From the NCBI GenBank assembly GCA_964016885.1, contig OZ024747.1, forward strand, positions 75,144,001-75,208,000: a DNA stretch of 64,000 bases. The letters run 5' to 3'. This document shows positions 1 through 11,860 of the stretch, piece after piece (position 1 is the stretch's first letter; every line of letters begins with the position of its first letter). The stretch comes from Eledone cirrhosa. Lineage: Eukaryota. The notes under the pieces are model-generated. The model saw only the letters and a list, made by a program, of their open reading frames with translations, was not told where the DNA came from and ran no database searches. Made by a program: the position numbers and the translations under genes.

Positions 1-324
1 CCCGATCATCACACTCCTCACGGGCTCATCGTGTAGAATCCTGTGTTCTTGGATCGCAAGTATCTGTATACCACTCTCCTCGAACAGATGTCCCAACTCC
101 TCTCTCTTCTCCAGCGTTCGAATAGTCCTCACATTCAAAGTGCCCATTTTGATGGCTCTTCTGCAGGACAAAACTGCATTCTTTATATTTGTCTCAGAGA
201 CAGCTGATCCATCATCCACTGGCCCTCTCTGTGGCTCTAAGCCAGCAGAGTTATAACGACCAGGCTGCTCCTTGACAGTGTAATTAGGGGCTCTAACCCT
301 AGTGCTGTTAGATCGACTCTCCAT
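1..324 (-). CDS. N-terminal 108 aa of a LINE APE-endonuclease/RT polyprotein (partial)
   Basis: Hand translation: MESRSNSTRVRAPNYTVKEQPGRYNSAGLEPQRGPVDDGSAVSETNIKNAVLSCRRAIKMGTLNVRTIRTLEKREELGHLFEESGIQILAIQEHRILHDEPVRSVMIG, with no stops. Confidence 0.8.
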   Translation of the reverse strand, partial: MESRSNSTRVRAPNYTVKEQPGRYNSAGLEPQRGPVDDGSAVSETNIKNAVLSCRRAIKMGTLNVRTIRTLEKREELGHLFEESGIQILAIQEHRILHDEPVRSVMIG

Positions 325-537
325 ATTTCTTTTCAATGGCTGACAATACCTTACCGGCGCCACTCGAATAAGGTAGTTATTTAACCCATAAATGGAGCCC
401 TAACAGGTACTACCACCCCGGGCCAGGGCAGACCTGGGAGTCATGACAACTAAGGGGTAACTCCACATTCCCCACATCTCCTGAACTCCCGAACTGGAGC
501 CTTGCCACTGGATGTAGTTTAATGTCATACCCAGGAC

Positions 538-538
<1 letters not shown>
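1..538 (-). mobile_element. 5' end of a non-LTR retrotransposon (LINE, RTE-like, different family from the 4870-8157 element); continues off the left edge
   Basis: The minus-strand frame from ATG 324 is open to base 1 and reads ...RRAIKMGTLNVRTIRTLEKREEL...IQILAIQEHRI (APE endonuclease motifs I/II, NVRT and QE). A ~210-nt leader (325-538) abuts the TA microsatellite. Confidence 0.85.
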
Positions 539-614
<76 letters not shown>

Positions 615-771
615 CATACCCAGGACATATATATATATGTATATACATATATATATACATATATATATATGTATATATATATGTATATATATATGTATAT
701 ATATATATATATATATGTATATATAAATGTATATATATATGTGTATATATATATGTGTATATATATATGTG

Positions 772-810
<39 letters not shown>

Positions 811-838
811 GTGTATATATATATATATGTGTATATAT

Positions 839-892
<54 letters not shown>

Positions 893-903
893 GTGTATAT
901 ATA

Positions 904-962
<59 letters not shown>

Positions 963-1162
963 GTGTATATATATATATGTGTATATATATATATGTGTAT
1001 ATATATATATGTGTATATATATATATGTGTATATATATATATATATGTATGTATATATATGTGTATATATATATATGTGTATATATATATATGTGTATAT
1101 ATATATATGTGTATATATATATATATATGTATGTATATATATGTGTATATATATATATGTGT

Positions 1163-1202
<40 letters not shown>

Positions 1203-1209
1203 GTATGTG

Positions 1210-1274
<65 letters not shown>

Positions 1275-1855
1275 GTATGTGTATATATATGTATGTATGT
1301 GTATATATGTATGTGTATATATATGTATGTATGTGTATATATGTGTGTGTATATATATGTGTATATATATATGTATGTGTATATATATGTGTATATATAT
1401 ATGTATGTGTATATATATGTGTATATATATGTGTGTATATATGTGTGTATATATATATGTATGTGTATATATATATGTATATATATATGTGTGTATATAT
1501 GTGTGTATATATATATGTATGTGTATATGTATGTGTATATATATATGTGTATATATATATGTGTATATATATATGTGTATATATATATGTGTATATATAT
1601 ATGTGTGTATATATGTGTGTGTATATATGTGTGTATATATATATGTGTATATATATATGTGTATATATATGTATATATATGTGTATATATATATGTGTAT
1701 GTATATATGTGTATATATATATGTGTATGTATATATGTGTATATATATATATATGTGTATATATATATATATGTGTATATATATATATATGTGTATATAT
1801 ATATATATATGTGTATATATATGTATATATATATATATATGTGTATATATATGTA
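539..1855. repeat. (TA)n/(TATG)/(TGTG) compound microsatellite
   Basis: Directly visible; source of spurious Y/I/H/T ORFs. Confidence 0.99.
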
Positions 1856-3654
1856 TCATCATCGTTTAATGTCCATCTTCCACGCTTGCATGTGTTTGGA
1901 CGGGAATTTTCCCACTTGAGGCAAGATTGGTTGTCTTGCTCGTATAGGACTGTCTGGCGGGTTTTCCACGGCTGGATGACCTTCCCAACACCAACCACGT
2001 TTACAGTGTGGACTGGGAGGGTTTTACCGTGTTACTTACACGGCCACATAACAGTGTGGACTGTGCATTTTTTTGTTGTGACACCTACACGACCTCATTT
2101 ATTTCGGACTGGATGTTGTGGTACCAACATAACTTCACATCGAAAGGGGTGGTGTGGATGGGGTGGAGGTAGTGGGATGGGTGTGTATTTTGTTAAGAGG
2201 TGCCTACTGACTGTAGGTTTCGCTTTGTACTTTGGCAAGGCGGGTCTTCTGTATTACTGTGTAGCGCCAAAGATCTCGGTCCAGTGACATTGTCTTGGAG
2301 AGGTGTAAGTGTGTGAGGTCTGAATTTATCAAGTCATCCCAGGTTTTTCTGGGTCTGCCTACTCCGTGGCTACCGTCGTCTTTCATGCGCATCACGTGAC
2401 CATACCAACGTAGTCTTCTCTCGATTAAACAACATCTGATCTCTCTTATTCCTAATTTCTCCCTTAGTTCATTTATGCTTTGCTGTTCACGTATATTACT
2501 ATTACACATCCAACGGAGCATGCAAGCATTGTTCCTCTCCAGTCTGCGTATATCCTCTGCACACAATGCCCAGGTCTCACTGCCATGTAACATTGCTGTT
2601 CGTATGCAGGCATTATACAGCCTGCCTTTCATTTTTAGAGAGAAATCTTTAGCAGCCAATAGTGGTATAAATAAGCTCTCTGAACTTTTTCCATCCCGTT
2701 CTGACTCTAGCTACTGTACTTTCAGAGCACCCTCCACCACTGCTGATTTTGTCACCCAGGTAATGGAAAGGTGTCCACTATTTCTATAGAACCATCTGTT
2801 CAATGCAATGAGCTACTTATTGCACCTGAGCACCGGCCACATATAAAATCTATATTCTTAGTTAGCTTACCTGTGATCCCACTACATCTTTTATGCACCC
2901 ATACTTTGCATTTGGCACATAAAATGGAGTTTCTGCCTACTCCTTTCCTACACACTGAGCATGGCCATTTCCCAGATGGGACCAGTGCCCTATTTTCCTT
3001 CCTACAAACTAGAACTTTAGTCTTAGATAGGTTATTGTTAAGGCCTTTTGATTCTAGGCCATGCTTCCATGTTTGGAATTTCTTCTCTATTTCAGCCATT
3101 GATGCAGCTATGAGCGTTAGATCATCTGCGTATAAGAGTTCCCATGGGCAGCCGATCTTGAATTCCTCTGAGGGGCAATAATAAATAGGAGGGGGCTAAG
3201 GACGGAGCCCTGATGAACACCAACTTTTACGCTAAACTCTTCACTATATTCGTTGTTAATTCTAACCTTACTGACTGTTTCTTTATACATTACTTGTATA
3301 GCTCTCACAAGCCATTCGTCAACACCTAGTTTTCTGAGAGCCCACCTGATAATGGGGCGTGGGACTCTGTCAAAGGCTTTCTCCAAGTCGACAAAAGCTA
3401 AGTATAGGGGTTTACTTTTAGCTAGGTACTTCTCCTGTAGTTGTCATACAATGAACAGAGCGTCTGTGGTACTTTTACCTGACACAAACCCGAACTGCAT
3501 TTCATCTAGATCAATTCGCTCTCTGATTAGTTGCGCTATTACTTTTTCTGTGACCTTCATGACCTGGTCGATTAATTTAATGCCTCTATAGTTACCCCTA
3601 TCTAGGGCATCTCCTTTTCCCTTGTAGCAGTTAATGATGCTGCTGCTACGCCAG
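1856..3654 (-). pseudogene. 5'-truncated, frameshifted RTE LINE copy (subfamily A: RT + PHD finger + 3' UTR + (GAT)n tail)
   Basis: ORF pieces 3444-3881 (part), 3117-3386, 2800-3099 and 2204-2659 match the C-terminal half of the intact 4870-8157 protein ([54 protein letters not shown]). The 3' UTR is homologous to 4514-4870. TA repeats flank both sides. Confidence 0.95.
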
Positions 3655-3936
3655 GTATATATATATATGTATATATATATGTATATGTATATATATATAT
3701 ATGTATATGTATATGTATATATATATGTATATGTATATATATATGTATGTATATATATATGTATGTGTATGTATATGTATATATTGTATATGTATATATA
3801 TGTATGTAAATGTATGTATATGTGTATATGTATATATATATGTATATATATATGTGTATATATGTATATATATGTATACATGTGTGTATATATGTATATA
3901 TATATGTATATATGTGTATATATGTATGTGTATATA

Positions 3937-4016
<80 letters not shown>
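3655..4016. repeat. (TA)n compound microsatellite
   Basis: Directly visible. Confidence 0.99.
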
Positions 4017-4019
<3 letters not shown>

Positions 4020-4178
4020 TTAGGAAGGGCATCCAGCTGTAGAAATCAAGCCAGATCAGTTCCTGTATGAGCAAGGCATGGTCAGCCGACCAGACACTGC
4101 CCACAACAGGACAACCCGTCTAACCCATGCTAGCGTGGAAGAACGGACGTAAAACGGTGATGATGATGATGATGATGA
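4017..4178 (+). mobile_element. 3'-terminal fragment of RTE subfamily B with (GAT)n tail, opposite orientation
   Basis: Near-identical reverse complement of 32172-32325; ends ...ACCCATGCTAGCGTGGAAGAACGGACGTAAAACGGT(GAT)7. Confidence 0.92.
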
Positions 4179-4184
4179 TATATG

Positions 4185-4216
<32 letters not shown>

Positions 4217-4258
4217 TGTATATATATGTATATATATATATATATATGTATATATATG

Positions 4259-4289
<31 letters not shown>

Positions 4290-4365
4290 GTATATATATA
4301 TATATATGTATATATATATGTATATATATATATATGTATATATATATGTATATATATATATATGT

Positions 4366-4421
<56 letters not shown>

Positions 4422-4513
4422 GTATATATATGTATATATGTATATATATGTATATATGTATATATATGTATATATATATATGTATATATATATATATGTA
4501 TATATGTATATAT
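4179..4513. repeat. (TA)n compound microsatellite
   Basis: Directly visible. Confidence 0.99.
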
Positions 4514-4869
4514 ATCATCATCATCATCATCATCAACGTTTAACGTCCGTGTTCCACGCTTGCATGGGTTTGGACGGGGGTAGTCCCACTTGAGGCAAGA
4601 GTGATTTGTCTTGCTCGCATAGGACTGTCTGGCAGGTTTTCTACAGTTGGATGCCCTTCCTAACACCAACCACATTTACAGTGTGGGTCTGGGAGGTTTT
4701 TACCGTGTTGCCTACACGGCCACATTACAGCGTGGACTGTGTGTTTTTTTGTCGTGACACCTACACGATCTCATTTGTTTCGGCCTGGATGGCGCGGCAC
4801 CAACATAACTTTACATAGAACGGGGTGGTGTGGATGGGGTGGGGGTGGCGGCGGGAGGGGTGTATTTTG

Positions 4870-7800
4870 TTAGAGATGCCTACTGGCAAGGCGGGTCTTC
4901 TCTGTTACTGAGTACCGCCAAAGGTCACGGTCCAGTGACATTGTCTTGGAGAGGTGTAAGTGTGTGAGGTCGGAGTTTATCAGCTCGTCCCATGTTTTTC
5001 TAGGTCTGCCTATTCCGTGGCTACCGTCTATCTTTATTGCCCTGCACTTTGTAATACAGCTATCGACTTTCATGCGCATCACGTGTCCATACCAACGCAG
5101 CCTTCTCTCGAGTAAACAACATCTGATCCCTCTTATCTCTAATATTTTCCTTAGTTCGTTTATGCTTTGCCGTTCACGTATATTACTGTTACACATCCAG
5201 CGGAGCATGCAAGCTTCGTTCCTCTCTAGTCTGCGTATATCCTCTGCACACAATGCCCAGGTCTCACTACCATGCAACATTGCTGTTCGTATGCAGGCAT
5301 CGTACAACCTGCCTTTCATTTTTAGGGAGAACCCTTTAGCAGCTAATAGTGGTATAAGCTCTCTGAACTTTTTCCAACCAGTTCTGACTCTAGCTACAGT
5401 ACTTTCAGAGCACCCTCCCCCACTGCTGATTTTATCGCCCAGGTAACGGAAGCTGTCCACTATTTCTATAAAACCCTCTGCGCAATTGAAAGAGCTAGTA
5501 TTTTGTGGGCACTTGCTGCTACTTATTGCACCAGAACACCGGCCACATGTAAAGTCTATGTTCTTAGTTAGCTTACCTGTGATCCCACTACATCTTTTAT
5601 GCACCCATACTTTGCATTTAGGACATAAGATGGAGTTTCTACCTACGCCTTTCCTACATACCGAGCACGACCATTTCCCAGAAGGGACCGCCGCCTTGTT
5701 TTCTTTCCTACAAACTAGAACTTTGGTCTTAGCCAGGTTAATTTTAAGTCCTTTTGACTCTAGGCCGTGCTTCCATGTTTGGAATTTCTTCTCTAGCTCG
5801 GCCATTGATTCCGCTATGAGTGTCAGGTCGTCTGCGTATAGGAGTTCCCATGGGCAGCCTGTCTTGAACTCCTCTGTTATAGCCTGAAGGGCAATAATAA
5901 ATAGTAGGGGGCTGAGAACAGAGCCCTGATGGACGCCAACTTTTACGCTAAACTCTTCACTATATTCGTTGTTAATTCTAACCTTGCTGACTGTTTCTTT
6001 ATACATGGCTTGTATAGCCCTCACAAGCCATTCGTCAACGCCTAGTTTTCTAAGAGCCCACCAGATAATGGAGCGGGGGACTCTGTCGAAGGCTTTCTCC
6101 AGGTCGACAAAAGCTAAGTAGAGGGGTTTACCTTTAGCTAGGTACTTCTCCTGTAGTTGTCGTACTATGAAAAGAGCGTCTGTGGTGCTTTTGCCTGACA
6201 CAAACCCGAACTGCATTTCATCTAGATCAATTCTCTCTCTGATTAGTTGCGCTATTACTTTTTCCGTGACCTTCATGACCTGGTCGATTAATTTAATGCC
6301 TCTATAGTTACTCCTATCTAGGGCGTCTCCTTTACCCTTATAACAGTTAACGATGATGCTGCTATGCCAGTCCTTCGGAACAACCCCATTCTGTACGACT
6401 TGGTTAACTATGCGGGTGACCATGGTGTGTCCCACCGTGCCAGATGCCTTCAGCATCTCAGCAACTATTTCCGAAGGCCCAGCCGCCTTACCAGTCTTCA
6501 TATCCTTGATTGCCTTACTTATTATACTCCCCTCGACTAACACTGCTGGTCCCTCTATCGGGTCGATATGGGGGAGACTGTCTTTCTCCCATTTATTCTC
6601 CTCATTTAGTAGCCTTTCATAGTGACACTTCCAAGCTACCTTCTTATCAGTGTCGGTGATGGCAAGTATGCCATCATCGTTAAGTACACACTTCTCCCCG
6701 ACAATATCACGGTTTTCCTTGACGCATTGCCTGGCAATCCTGAACACCTCACGTTTTTGGTCATCGCGTTGTAGAACATGCTTGAACTTTCTTTCCTCAG
6801 CTTCCCTTCTTGCTAAGTACACTTCTCTCCTAGCTTCCCTCCTGGCCACTTGATAGTCTACTCTACTTCCCCCATCCCGCCATACTTTCCAAGCCTGCTT
6901 TTTGGCCTTAATTGACCCCTCCACCTTACTGTTCCACCACCATGTTACTCTCCTCCTGCCTACAGGCCTGCTCCAGCCACAGACTTCGTCTGTCGCCAAC
7001 AGCAGGTTAGCTTTCAGAAATTTCCACTGTCCCTCTATATTGTCCGATTCTAGATGCTCTTCCTTACTGTCGAAAGCATCAAGTAATATGCTTTGAAATT
7101 TATTCCTGGCTGTGGGGTCTTTTAGTTTCCATATTTTCCTCCTGAGGATAGTCCTCTTCTGCTGTCGGGTGCGTCTCGTCCTGACTATGAGGTCGCTAAT
7201 TATCAGTCTATGTTGGGAGGTGCATTCTTCATGGGGGAGGGATTTAGTGTTTACAACAGACACTCTGTCACGTCTTCTGGTAAGGATATAATCTACCTGG
7301 CTTGTGTGTTCCCCGGATCTATAGGTAATCAGGTGATTGTCACGTTTTTTGAAGTTAGTGTTACAGATAGTTAGGTTATTTGCATCACAGTATTCCAGAA
7401 TTCTGGAGCCTTCCTCATTTCTAGTACCAAACCCATAGCCTCCATGGATTTCGTCATAGCCGTCACAATGTTGTCCAACGTGACCATTTAGGTCGCCTGC
7501 AATAATTATATAGTCACTGTCAGATATTTGGGAGGTAGTTAGCAACAGTGTCTCATAGAATCTGTCTTTTATAGTGCCGGGCAGTCCGGATTGGGGTGCG
7601 TACGCAGATATTACTGTCACCGTAGTTCTATTGAGGACAAGTCTTATTTTAATTATTCTGTCGTTCACTCTATTTACGTCTATTATCTTATCTGCCCACT
7701 TTTCTGCTACCATGATTCCTACTCCACCCAGCCCATCGTCGTTTCCCACCCAGAAAAGCTTATAACATCGTTTTTTACCCTCAATGAATCTAGCAGACCC

Positions 7801-8157
7801 ACCCCTCCACCTGGTCTCTTGAATACAACAAACATCGACCTCCTTACGTTCAAGCATTTCTACAACCTCGTTAGCGCGACCCTTTAGGGTGCCTACATTT
7901 ATGGTACCAACTCTGAAGTTTTGGGTTGCGTTTGGAGGGTGGGGGTGGTGGGGGGCGGGAGGAGATAGGGTTATGTTAGCCATCCGCGGACGAAACAAAG
8001 AGGAGTGCTCGCATTCTCGTCCATGAGGTGAATTTGACTTTAACTTTGGCATTTTCGCTCTGGGCGTCCAGATTTTTCTCTCCCTTCCACTCTCCAAGGA
8101 TTCCGCAGTCCGTCCGTCCATCCATCCATCCATCATATATCGAAGGCAACCGGGCAA
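4870..8157 (-). CDS. RTE-type polyprotein: APE endonuclease + reverse transcriptase with inserted PHD-type zinc finger (~1090 aa; first ATG at 8136)
   Basis: Endonuclease motifs INVGTL, IQETRW, SAYAPQ, GDLNGH, QVDYIL and SQH. RT motifs [31 protein letters not shown] and FRYLG. RTE-type C-terminus LHGSETW...RLRWYGHVMR...GRPRKTW. No ORF1, no stops. Confidence 0.97.
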   Translation of the reverse strand: MPGCLRYMMDGWMDGRTAESLESGRERKIWTPRAKMPKLKSNSPHGRECEHSSLFRPRMANITLSPPAPHHPHPPNATQNFRVGTINVGTLKGRANEVVEMLERKEVDVCCIQETRWRGGSARFIEGKKRCYKLFWVGNDDGLGGVGIMVAEKWADKIIDVNRVNDRIIKIRLVLNRTTVTVISAYAPQSGLPGTIKDRFYETLLLTTSQISDSDYIIIAGDLNGHVGQHCDGYDEIHGGYGFGTRNEEGSRILEYCDANNLTICNTNFKKRDNHLITYRSGEHTSQVDYILTRRRDRVSVVNTKSLPHEECTSQHRLIISDLIVRTRRTRQQKRTILRRKIWKLKDPTARNKFQSILLDAFDSKEEHLESDNIEGQWKFLKANLLLATDEVCGWSRPVGRRRVTWWWNSKVEGSIKAKKQAWKVWRDGGSRVDYQVARREARREVYLARREAEERKFKHVLQRDDQKREVFRIARQCVKENRDIVGEKCVLNDDGILAITDTDKKVAWKCHYERLLNEENKWEKDSLPHIDPIEGPAVLVEGSIISKAIKDMKTGKAAGPSEIVAEMLKASGTVGHTMVTRIVNQVVQNGVVPKDWHSSIIVNCYKGKGDALDRSNYRGIKLIDQVMKVTEKVIAQLIRERIDLDEMQFGFVSGKSTTDALFIVRQLQEKYLAKGKPLYLAFVDLEKAFDRVPRSIIWWALRKLGVDEWLVRAIQAMYKETVSKVRINNEYSEEFSVKVGVHQGSVLSPLLFIIALQAITEEFKTGCPWELLYADDLTLIAESMAELEKKFQTWKHGLESKGLKINLAKTKVLVCRKENKAAVPSGKWSCSVCRKGVGRNSILCPKCKVWVHKRCSGITGKLTKNIDFTCGRCSGAISSSKCPQNTSSFNCAEGFIEIVDSFRYLGDKISSGGGCSESTVARVRTGWKKFRELIPLLAAKGFSLKMKGRLYDACIRTAMLHGSETWALCAEDIRRLERNEACMLRWMCNSNIRERQSINELRKILEIRGIRCCLLERRLRWYGHVMRMKVDSCITKCRAIKIDGSHGIGRPRKTWDELINSDLTHLHLSKTMSLDRDLWRYSVTEKTRLASRHL
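5536..5667 (-). other. C4HC3 (PHD-like) zinc finger inserted within the RT domain
   Basis: CSVC-x10-CPKC-x4-HKRC-x14-CGRC lies between the KTKVL and FRYLG RT motifs. Confidence 0.85.
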
Positions 8158-8169
8158 GCGATAGTATAG

Positions 8170-8349
8170 GCCTCTGGCTTCTGATTTGGTCCGCGTAATA
8201 ATAATAATGGTGATGCGTGGGGGTGGGGGTGGGTGGCTCTGGCTTATAATAATGGTGGTGATGGGGGGGGGGGGGGGCTCTGGCTTATGATTGGTCCACG
8301 TATTAAGTATGGTGGCGTGTGGGGGCGGGAGGGAGGGGTGTGGGGTAGC
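8170..8349. promoter_or_regulatory. Unique 5' leader of the RTE with three degenerate CTCTGGCTT...G-run repeats; potential G-quadruplex on + strand
   Basis: CTCTGGCTT at ~8172, ~8237 and ~8278, each followed by AAT-rich sequence and G-runs (GGGGGTGGGGGTGGG, G15, GGGGGCGGGAGGGAGGGG). CCAATC on the minus strand at ~8290. Confidence 0.5.
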
Positions 8350-8620
8350 TAGCTGGAAGGTTATGAATGTTTAACAAGCGATTTAACAAAAAGCAAAACT
8401 GCAAGATTTGTTCTGTTCAATACGACAAAAACACCGTATTTAAACCTTAAATAGATAACAAAAAAATACAGATTTCGGATTTTGCGAGATTGGATGTTTG
8501 TTTGGACTGTGTACGGAATTGAGCGTGGAAATGGAGAGAAGGATTGTACTTTACGGTTTACATGAGTCCATCATAGAAATAATTGAAGCAAAGTGGATAA
8601 ACATGAAGGAAAACTTATCT

Positions 8621-8651
<31 letters not shown>

Positions 8652-9155
8652 AGCTAAGCGAGAGATAGAGGGGAAGAAAGAGGGGGGGGGGAGATAGTGG
8701 CTGACCGCAGCCCCCTCGTGGAGAAGCAGGAGGGTGAAGGGGTGGATCGGCTTTTTGACTTTCAAGTAGCATACTATATATATTTAAAGTAATTTATAAG
8801 TAGAATGGGGAGGATTTTGTTTTTTTTTTTGTTTGAGAATACGATAGAATTAAGGAATTGGACGAATACGGTAGAGAGGAAGGTTAGCTGGAAGGTTATG
8901 AATGTTTAACAAGCGATTTAACAAAAAGCAAAACTGCAAGATTTGTTCTGTTCAATACGACAAAAACACCGTATTTAAACCTTAAATAGATAACAAAAAA
9001 ATACAGATTTCGGATTTTGCGAGATTGGATGTTTGTTTGGACTGTGTACGGAATTGAGCGTGGAAATGGAGAGAAGGATTGTACTTTACGGTTTACATGA
9101 GTCCATCATAGAAATAATTGAAGCAAAGTGGATAAACATGAAGGAAAACTTATCT

Positions 9156-9186
<31 letters not shown>

Positions 9187-9690
9187 AGCTAAGCGAGAGA
9201 TAGAGGGGAAGAAAGAGGGGGGGGGGAGATAGTGGCTGACCGCAGCCCCCTCGTGGAGAAGCAGGAGGGTGAAGGGGTGGATCGGCTTTTTGACTTTCAA
9301 GTAGCATACTATATATATTTAAAGTAATTTATAAGTAGAATGGGGAGGATTTTGTTTTTTTTTTTGTTTGAGAATACGATAGAATTAAGGAATTGGACGA
9401 ATACGGTAGAGAGGAAGGTTAGCTGGAAGGTTATGAATGTTTAACAAGCGATTTAACAAAAAGCAAAACTGCAAGATTTGTTCTGTTCAATACGACAAAA
9501 ACACCGTATTTAAACCTTAAATAGATAACAAAAAAATACAGATTTCGGATTTTGCGAGATTGGATGTTTGTTTGGACTGTGTACGGAATTGAGCGTGGAA
9601 ATGGAGAGAAGGATTGTACTTTACGGTTTACATGAGTCCATCATAGAAATAATTGAAGCAAAGTGGATAAACATGAAGGAAAACTTATCT

Positions 9691-9721
<31 letters not shown>

Positions 9722-10224
9722 AGCTAAGCGAGAGATAGAGGGGAAGAAAGAGGGGGGGGGAGATAGTGGCTGACCGCAGCCCCCTCGTGGAGAAGCAGGA
9801 GGGTGAAGGGGTGGATCGGCTTTTTGACTTTCAAGTAGCATACTATATATATTTAAAGTAATTTATAAGTAGAATGGGGAGGATTTTGTTTTTTTTTTTG
9901 TTTGAGAATACGATAGAATTAAGGAATTGGACGAATACGGTAGAGAGGAAGGTTAGCTGGAAGGTTATGAATGTTTAACAAGCGATTTAACAAAAAGCAA
10001 AACTGCAAGATTTGTTCTGTTCAATACGACAAAAACACCGTATTTAAACCTTAAATAGATAACAAAAAAATACAGATTTCGGATTTTGCGAGATTGGATG
10101 TTTGTTTGGACTGTGTACGGAATTGAGCGTGGAAATGGAGAGAAGGATTGTACTTTACGGTTTACATGAGTCCATCATAGAAATAATTGAAGCAAAGTGG
10201 ATAAACATGAAGGAAAACTTATCT

Positions 10225-10255
<31 letters not shown>

Positions 10256-10759
10256 AGCTAAGCGAGAGATAGAGGGGAAGAAAGAGGGGGGGGGGAGATA
10301 GTGGCTGACCGCAGCCCCCTCGTGGAGAAGCAGGAGGGTGAAGGGGTGGATCGGCTTTTTGACTTTCAAGTAGCATACTATATATATTTAAAGTAATTTA
10401 TAAGTAGAATGGGGAGGATTTTGTTTTTTTTTTTGTTTGAGAATACGATAGAATTAAGGAATTGGACGAATACGGTAGAGAGGAAGGTTAGCTGGAAGGT
10501 TATGAATGTTTAACAAGCGATTTAACAAAAAGCAAAACTGCAAGATTTGTTCTGTTCAATACGACAAAAACACCGTATTTAAACCTTAAATAGATAACAA
10601 AAAAATACAGATTTCGGATTTTGCGAGATTGGATGTTTGTTTGGACTGTGTACGGAATTGAGCGTGGAAATGGAGAGAAGGATTGTACTTTACGGTTTAC
10701 ATGAGTCCATCATAGAAATAATTGAAGCAAAGTGGATAAACATGAAGGAAAACTTATCT

Positions 10760-10790
<31 letters not shown>

Positions 10791-11294
10791 AGCTAAGCGA
10801 GAGATAGAGGGGAAGAAAGAGGGGGGGGGGAGATAGTGGCTGACCGCAGCCCCCTCGTGGAGAAGCAGGAGGGTGAAGGGGTGGATCGGCTTTTTGACTT
10901 TCAAGTAGCATACTATATATATTTAAAGTAATTTATAAGTAGAATGGGGAGGATTTTGTTTTTTTTTTTGTTTGAGAATACGATAGAATTAAGGAATTGG
11001 ACGAATACGGTAGAGAGGAAGGTTAGCTGGAAGGTTATGAATGTTTAACAAGCGATTTAACAAAAAGCAAAACTGCAAGATTTGTTCTGTTCAATACGAC
11101 AAAAACACCGTATTTAAACCTTAAATAGATAACAAAAAAATACAGATTTCGGATTTTGCGAGATTGGATGTTTGTTTGGACTGTGTACGGAATTGAGCGT
11201 GGAAATGGAGAGAAGGATTGTACTTTACGGTTTACATGAGTCCATCATAGAAATAATTGAAGCAAAGTGGATAAACATGAAGGAAAACTTATCT

Positions 11295-11325
<31 letters not shown>

Positions 11326-11829
11326 AGCTAAGCGAGAGATAGAGGGGAAGAAAGAGGGGGGGGGGAGATAGTGGCTGACCGCAGCCCCCTCGTGGAGAAG
11401 CAGGAGGGTGAAGGGGTGGATCGGCTTTTTGACTTTCAAGTAGCATACTATATATATTTAAAGTAATTTATAAGTAGAATGGGGAGGATTTTGTTTTTTT
11501 TTTTGTTTGAGAATACGATAGAATTAAGGAATTGGACGAATACGGTAGAGAGGAAGGTTAGCTGGAAGGTTATGAATGTTTAACAAGCGATTTAACAAAA
11601 AGCAAAACTGCAAGATTTGTTCTGTTCAATACGACAAAAACACCGTATTTAAACCTTAAATAGATAACAAAAAAATACAGATTTCGGATTTTGCGAGATT
11701 GGATGTTTGTTTGGACTGTGTACGGAATTGAGCGTGGAAATGGAGAGAAGGATTGTACTTTACGGTTTACATGAGTCCATCATAGAAATAATTGAAGCAA
11801 AGTGGATAAACATGAAGGAAAACTTATCT

Positions 11830-11860
<31 letters not shown>

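Noticed and set aside
4946-7887. Plus-strand ORFs overlapping the RTE ORF (also 2475-3591 and 32597-33715)
   Set aside because: Antisense shadows of the RT coding sequence with no independent signal.
8690-8760. Possible HDV-like ribozyme in the monomer (UCCACG loop-like motif on the minus strand)
   Set aside because: P1, P2 and P3 pairings could not be completed.
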